Below, piece after piece: positions 57,011 to 64,000 of a DNA stretch of 64,000 nt. The notes beneath the pieces are model-generated. The model saw only the letters and a program-made list of their open reading frames with translations, ran no database searches and was not told where the DNA came from. Both the position numbers and the translations under genes were made by a program. Every line of letters starts with the position of its first letter. Position 1 is the first letter of the stretch. Location: NCBI GenBank assembly GCA_950097015.1, contig CATNEN010000031.1, forward strand, positions 1,488,001-1,552,000, in the 5' to 3' direction. This DNA comes from Macrostomum hystrix. Lineage: Eukaryota; Animalia; Platyhelminthes.

Positions 57011-59619
57011 TGCGCTGGGGCAGCCCGACCTGGTCGCATCCGAATCTGCGCGTGTGGATTTTTTAGATGTGAACGTCTGTGCACATCTCACTTTAGAAAG
57101 CAACACACCTTGTGAATTAACACACCTATGGCATGGAACAGGTCTGAGTAAGAGATACATATTTGCCATTTCATATAACACTCACATTATAGTTCACCAG
57201 ACAATGGCAGGTTATTTATTGAATTGCTCGTTGGTTGTTTTTCAGCACGTGTGCTAGTGTACAATGCTCTGTTATAAGCTGCACTTGACACGTCCTAGCG
57301 ACTGCCCTGAAGCAATCGCAGTCGATCAACCTTCTGAAGTATTGCACAACTGGGTCGAACAGCAATTAGCCTTTCTAGAAATTGTTCGTTAACTCTCGGA
57401 CTCTACTGAGCGAAACCGGTCGTAGAGTCTGGACTTTTATGCGAATCCTTTGCTATTTCGCCTTTCATGCACTGAAACTCTATACTCTGTGAGCCAATGA
57501 AATCGCGCCCCTATTCTCGCTATTGAGACCAAGTCACGCCTATAGGTGGGCAGAAAAGGAATGCAGCGGAACAGACAGTTTGAAGGTTGGCTGAAACACC
57601 ACAGGGTGAGGCGAAAGTGAGAGGAATACACGCTGACTGGAGATTGCGTGCTGAGACAGAGGAGGAGAGTGGGCGCAGCCGACTGGACGGAAAGAGAGTT
57701 TTTACGCAGGCACCGTTTTTATCTGAGCAACGTGCCTATATTCCGTTGTTTGGCGACCGCAGGACCATTCCTTCCAGCTCCAATTGCTCTCTCTCTCTCT
57801 CTTTACTTTATTCTATACTGTCTCTTTCTCATTCACTGAGAAAAGCGAGGGAGAGATCGAGAGAATGCACACGAGCACAGCAGCTTCACACACATCGCAT
57901 ACAAGGTGAATACACATCAAGGTGTGCGATGAGCACACACGGCTGCGGGCCACATTGAAAGACCACATGCTTATTGCTTCATACAGGTGTCGTAACGAGT
58001 GATAGGCGACGGTCTGCTGCTAGTTTACTCAGTCTGCTTGATTAGCCAGACCAAGCAGAGTCCATGGTTCAGAGTCCAGAGGCGATAGACCTCCTGCACT
58101 GCAGCTGCGAGAACGATAATGTGTGCAAAACTATACGAGACTTAAAAGGGCAATTAAAACAGCAAGAGCTGAAACAGAAGCCGTGCTCAGTTAACGGTGA
58201 TTAGATAAAAAATTTAAATGCATCGAGCACAACTTTATCCCAATGACTACTTAACTAGGTCTCGCAAGCGGTGGCAAAATAGGTGAAAATAGCATATTTT
58301 TCACGATCGTGTAACTTTTGATCGTTTCCGCGCAGAAAGATAATGGGCAGAATTTATTTCTCTTTCAGCCAAAATCATACTTGAGGCTGTGTTGCTGTAA
58401 GTAGTCGAAAGAATAGTACATTAAATTACACATACCCCAGAAAAAGCTGTTCAGAAATGATTTTCAATAAGATTTAAAATACTAAGGGTTTAAGCCATAG
58501 TTCTATATGAATCCAATTTATATTCTATGAGGGGCTCTACGAGTATACAAATCCAATCCAATCCAATTCGAAATTCGTACAGTGGATTGTAAGCAATAGC
58601 CAAGAAACTTACTAATTTTTTCATACACGTATCTAAACACAATCAATATGAAAAATGTTAAACTCCAAGGCCCTTTTTTATGGCATGCAAATAGCAAAAT
58701 GACACACAATCAATAATAAAACTATAAACACTGACTTCTTAACTACTCAACTAAACTTATACTTTAGATAAGTACTTTAAGTACATTAAATTCGTTAGGT
58801 AACTACAAAAATTATATAACTTTCCTAGTATCCTTTTTGCTTTATCCTTCTGCACTTACCACGATAAATCGCTTTCGCATTATGTGCATTTAATAGTCTA
58901 TAAACTCCAAGCTCTGATAGCAGTTGGTAGCACAGTTCACATTACAAAAAGCACATTTCTTATGAAGCTCTTACTATATAAAACCAATAGTAAGGTATCA
59001 ACTCTACACGTTTCCGCTCTGTCAACAGAAAAATGACAAAGTATCGACCAACAGTCCTTTTGTATACATCATATAGATCGTAGATTTAGAATGTCGTGTC
59101 AAAATATGTAATTTCCCATGTTAATTTTATTCATAAACATAGAGAAAGTTATAGAAAAAATTTGGCTAAAGCAGGGTATCAACATTTCAAATAATTCGAC
59201 ATTCCTCACTAGTGACATGCACTTATTAACATGTACTGCTCGATTCGGCATGTCGGGAATACTTTTGTTGGGAAGCAAAAAAAGTACTTAAAAAGAATCA
59301 GTTTGTGCAAGTAAAAGTGCTTTCCCTAATTCACATAAAGTGGCATTGAAGCACTATGTGCAGTTATAGCTTTTGTCGATAATTTGTTAGATTTCATGCA
59401 CAAATTAGTAGGTTTTTTAAAAAGAGGTAAAAGTTTATTGTCGATACGACGATACTCGATACTGTGTCGATGCGCGCGGTGCGAGCTCATTTCATTAAAA
59501 AATTCATAACTTACCATCCGAGCATAAGTACAAGTTTTACTTTTTAAGCAGCATAAAATTTCAAAATTGGTGCACTATTTTCATCTGAGCTCATAAGACA
59601 GGACGAAACAGCTACTGAC

Positions 59620-62600
59620 ATGGTAGGGCGCCGCAGAGGAGGCCAGAATAATGCTGCTAGAGCAGCTGCAAAGGTAGCTAGTCCACCGAAAGAAGTAATA
59701 GAAGAAGAAACGTAAGATATTTTTGCTAATGATATTATAATTGACATTATCATTAGGTTCTCCAATATATGTTTAATCCTTCTATGCTTTTGACTCTTAC
59801 AAAACCATGAACTGAACCTAAGCCAATTAAAATCCAAACTTTTATTAAAAAATCACTGGATGGGCATGGTCAACCATATAGATTGGCCTAAGGCTTAAAA
59901 TTATTTTAATTAAGCAAAATATTTCCTAAATAGAGTTATCAGCTGTCTTATTTAGTTCTAGCTGATACTAAAAGAAATGGAAGTGCTTATTCCCAAGGTC
60001 CCGTGCCGATAATTTCAATTTTATCCACACAGATCCATGCCGATAATTTTCTGCTTATCCACACGGCAGCTTGTATGAATAGGTCTACTTTCAAGTCCCT
60101 ACCTATTCTAATTCTTCTCTGAGCATAAGGCTTTTGCTTCAGAGTATAGTGTATAGTGTACACTATCAATGAATAGTGTAAAAGAATAACAATGATGTAT
60201 AATGTGTGACGAGTTTGGTGCTGACTAGAATTCTGCTGGTTGACTCGTATGATTTTCTTTGATAGACTTTTTACTTTTTAAGTCTATACAATTCAAATGA
60301 AAACACGTAACGATGACAAAAGATTTAGTAAGTTGCTATTAAAATAATTGAAAAGGATGACATTAATGTCAGTTAATTAATCTGTAGAAATGTAGAACAC
60401 TGTCGTAACACACTGGCAACTTTGTTGATCTATTGGCTTGAGGGTTCAACAAAATGTTCAAACCTGAAAGGGCCTCGTTTCAAAGAACAGAACCGTGTGG
60501 ATAAAATTGAAATTAACGGCACGGCATATATAAAGAGTTGTAGACCTATTTATACAAGCTGCCGTGTGGATAAGCAGAAAATTATCGGCACAGATCCGTG
60601 TGGATAAAATTGAAATTATCGGCACTGGACCGTGGGAATAAGCTCTGCCAAAAGAAATAGGTCTAAATTGACTTGTACATGTACCAACATTGTTAAGTAG
60701 CTATGATAAGTATTATGTTTATTTGATCGGATCCTAGACTCTTCATCATCTTACAACTTTGTCATCCACTTGGAAGGTAGGACACTTTGTCATCCAGCCA
60801 ATTGGCATGCTTTAAAGTTTGGTCAGTTAGTCATCTACTAATAACAAGCAATCTAGTTTGTCATCAATAAAGTGAGGGTGGGGTGGTCCCTTCAAAGGCA
60901 TGAAGGCCTTCCTGGGAGCCACTCCTTTGGATATATTCATCAATGGAGAGGCTGCGAAGAGCACCAGGCGCCTTATGGATGTGCATGACTTTCAATTTCT
61001 TGAGAGCCTTCAAAAAGTGCTCTTTCACTCCCCACTCCAATCTGTGCTTGAAAACTCTGGGCGAGTGTGAAAGGCTCAACATCCTCTCTGATGGAATACC
61101 CGCAACTCTGATCCTAAGCCACAGGTACATGGTCGAAATTCAGCCTTGCTAAGAGGCAAACGACAGCTGGACCGCCCTGAAATCCACTGTTATACTGACG
61201 GCTCCCTGATAAATGGAATCTTGGGATTCGGAGCCTGTATCTACAAGGGAGAAAAGGTCGCCTGGACTCACTCCCAGCACACTGGGAAAAACAACAGCAT
61301 TTTTTCAGAACAAGATGCTTGCCATCAGTTCAAGTGCAGCAGAGTTGCCCCAGAAGGGGCTCACTGACCGGAAGATCATTTTCCACTCTGACAGTCAAGC
61401 TGCCCTCTGGGCCCTTGACTGCAGCACCACCTGCTCTAAGACCACCTTGGACTGCAACGCCCAGCTCAACAGGCTAGCACGGGCCAACAAGGTCAAGCTC
61501 AAATGGATCCCAGGTCACGCTGGCTTCCTAGGGAATGAGATGGCGGACTAGCTTGCAAAAGCTGGAGCAGCCAGCACCCTGACGGGGCCAGAGCCTGGCG
61601 CTCCTATACCCTTCACTGTGACCAACCTCAAGCTGAAGCACTGGATGGAGGCATAGCACCTGGACAGATGGACCAAGACCCAGAACCAGAACTGCAAGCA
61701 GTCCAGGGCAGTGGTCCCATGTCCATCTCACCGCCTGCGCAAAGCCCTCTTAAAGCTGAACCGCAGAGATCTCTGCGCAGTAAGCATGGCCCTCTCAGGG
61801 CATGGCTGTTTTTCTTGGCATCGATATCTCCAGGGCCTGCTCCTAGAGGACAAATGTACCTTTTCTAGCTTGGGCAGCAAAAATGCCAAGCACTTTATCT
61901 GCCACTGCCCAGTTTTCACCAGGGCAAGGCTTGAACACCCTGAGCCTAACCCAACTCTCTCCAATGTTTGCAGGCCCAAGAGCATCCCTCCTCCCTCGTG
62001 GAGGACCACGCTGCAGGCGAGTCTGATGGGCCACCCTGAGCAACACCACCTCTCCTGAGGTTGTCTGGTTTGCCAGGGGTTAGCGGAATGGGCGGTCCTC
62101 TCTGCCTCCTTGCTGTGTCCGCCAGTCGAAACTTATTTCATTATAAGAGTTAAAAGATAGGTGCCAACACGATGTGGGGAGGGGTGGTTCTATTCTAACT
62201 TTGAAAACTTTTGTTTTATAGATGACAATGTGTCCACAAGTCTAAGTCTCTTTGTTATCCATCCTCTGCGATATTGGACAGATCGTCATCTGGATGACGA
62301 AGTTGTAAGATGACAAAGTGTCCAGGTACCAATTGATCTAAGACAGTATCTAGGCTATTTTAGCTATGCCTAATAAGAGCTATATTATTTTTGGCATTCT
62401 TTTCTAATTGTTAATTAATTATCTGTTTTTCTGAAAAGTTTTATTTCAAATCAATACTAAAACATTGGGAAATCATTTTAAAACAATGGGAAATAATTAA
62501 ACAATAGGAAAAATGATATGATGAGTGTCAAATATTGTGTCCAAATTCTGCAGGATTGCATGTCAAAATTCAGTAGGGATAATAATGTATTGTATATATT

Positions 62601-64000
62601 GTATTCTGTTGTATGCCAATATCTTGTATGCCACCTTCCTTTTTTTGCTGAAGCTTACTCTAATAAATAATTCAAAACAAGAAGAAAAATAAATTTTCAA
62701 AAGCCCATTTAAAATCATATTTTTCTGTAACATGTATAAAAAAATCATGCAGATTTATTTCAATAAAAATGTAGCATTTCTTTTGTTTTACCTAATTATT
62801 TTAATCTGATAAAATATAGTTGTACTTGATTTAAAAGACTTATTCTTTTTATTAAACAGTCACATAAGTTCACTCATGAGTTGGTGCTTGTGTATTATGA
62901 GTGGATAGCTAATAGCTTTACTATATGTCTATAGGTATGCCAGCTTGATTCACATGTTTGAATGTATGCCAAGTGTACATAAAGAAATGTACAGTGTTAG
63001 CTAGCAGCATGAGGCTTACTATAATTTTCATTTTTTTCATGATTATTTATTATGATTACTTTAGTAGTATGACAAAGTTCAATATTGAAAATAATAACAT
63101 TCACCTAATTGGCAGCTATGGTATAACATTTCCAATAGCTACATACAGCGTTTTTCTGGACTAAGGAAGCTGCTATATGTACCTAGACTTCTGACTAGCT
63201 GATGTTACCAAAAGCTATTACAGCAAAGGGAGCTGAAATAGCTAGGTAAAAGTGTCTTGTTTGAGGACAAATTGATTTCCTCTATACTGATATTTTCAGA
63301 AACTGACTGACCTCAAGGTCACAAGTTTTTAGATCTGATCACTGCGCAGTACTAAAGTCATATGCCTTTAAATGACGGGCAATAAAAATGGACCTATGGC
63401 TATAAGTTATATCATATAGACTTAGTAAGAAGCGCAATATCTTATTTTTTACTTGCTTTTTGAAAATAAGTATGATTTAAAATGTTTTAAATCATTTGAA
63501 ATGTAAATAATTGGTGCTAGTAGATTTGTAAATACGATTTAAAAAAACAAATACTAACTTGCACGCAGAAATTTTTTTTGCTATCTACATAAGTGATGTT
63601 GCATTTAATGCAAGTTCGTGAAATTTTCAATGATTGGTTTATACTTACTATTTTGTTATATCCTCAAACTTTGTATCCAGGTACTTTCTAAACCCAGATG
63701 CAGTGAGTCCGCACCTATATTGCTGCATCTGTCAGGAAGTGTTCAAAGAGCCTTGGCGTGCTCCCTGTGGTCACAGCTTCTGCAAGCGGTGTATATTTGA
63801 TTGGCTAGCTAAAAATGCCATCTGTCCTAGCGATCGCAAGCCAGTTACTGTTGGCCAGCTTCATCATGACTTTTTAGTGCAGAACATTATCGACGATTAC
63901 ATTGTGGCCTGCCCTTGGCGCGCTCTCGGCTGTAACAATGTTGGACCGCTGCACCAGCTGAAGGAGCACAAGAAGGTCTGCCCGTTGAATCCGAACACAA
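59620..64000 (+). CDS. RING-HC E3 ligase with a TRAF/SIAH-type zinc finger (RNF151/RNF41/TRAF6-like); exons 59620-59711 and 63681 to window end; absent from the ORF track
   Basis: MVGRRRGGQNNAARAAAKVASPPKEVIEEE-AC|GTAAGA joins CCAG|G-TAC in phase 2, giving TYFLNPDAVSPHLYCCICQEVFKEPWRAPCGHSFCKRCIFDWLAKNAICPSDRK...ACPWRALGC...HKKVCPLN. The last RING ligand is Asp. Confidence 0.85.
59979..60649. mobile_element. Mutator-like MITE copy 2, 671 bp, inverted relative to copy 1
   Basis: Termini GGAAGTGCTTATTCCC and GGGAATAAGCTCTGCC with a perfect 9-bp TSD AAAAGAAAT (59970-59978, 60650-60658). Confidence 0.9.
60729..62330. mobile_element. Non-autonomous DNA transposon (superfamily uncertain) hosting a nested LINE fragment
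   Basis: 40-bp imperfect TIRs (33/40 identical) at 60729-60768 and 62291-62330. Flanks ATTTGATC and AATTGATC (7/8). Subterminal TTTGTCATC repeats. Confidence 0.65.
60868..62135 (+). mobile_element. Decayed 3' fragment of an RNase H-containing non-LTR retrotransposon (I group, LOA/R1-like)
   Basis: RNase H motifs CYTDGS, IIFHSDSQAAL, LKWIPGHAGFLGNEMAD, followed by ALSGHG and the zinc-knuckle remnant KHFICHCP. Frameshifts and stops are present. Confidence 0.88.

Overview
Eukaryotic (animal) genomic DNA with spliceosomal introns, GC-rich exons and many minisatellite and microsatellite arrays. The style suggests a free-living flatworm such as Macrostomum; this is inference only. Supported genes: PSMG2 and CWC22 (adjacent, minus strand), CCDC181, three tandem 2-oxoglutarate/Fe(II) dioxygenases, TTLL2, the 5' part of a RING/TRAF-type E3 ligase, a THAP-domain ORF inside an inverted-repeat element, and the 3' exons of a membrane protein. 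Mobile DNA includes a hAT MITE with a perfect 8-bp TSD, two copies of a Mutator-like MITE, a tRNA-type SINE family, and RTE and RNase H-bearing LINE fragments. The top finding is that the 36-bp repeat at ~28.8-29.05 kb is the coding core of a two-exon secreted neuropeptide precursor: signal peptide, acidic spacer, then 7 Gly-Lys-Lys-terminated peptides predicted to mature as (H/N)(M/L)GS(A/T)(F/M)RFR-amide. Also notable: a probable CWC22-PSMG2 operon in which PSMG2 has no evident genomic start codon and may take its AUG from the spliced leader, and a 44-bp TIR-TIR remnant with an 8-bp TSD resembling a P-element excision footprint. Most long ORFs in the supplied track are tandem-repeat artefacts. 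All exon models were derived by hand.
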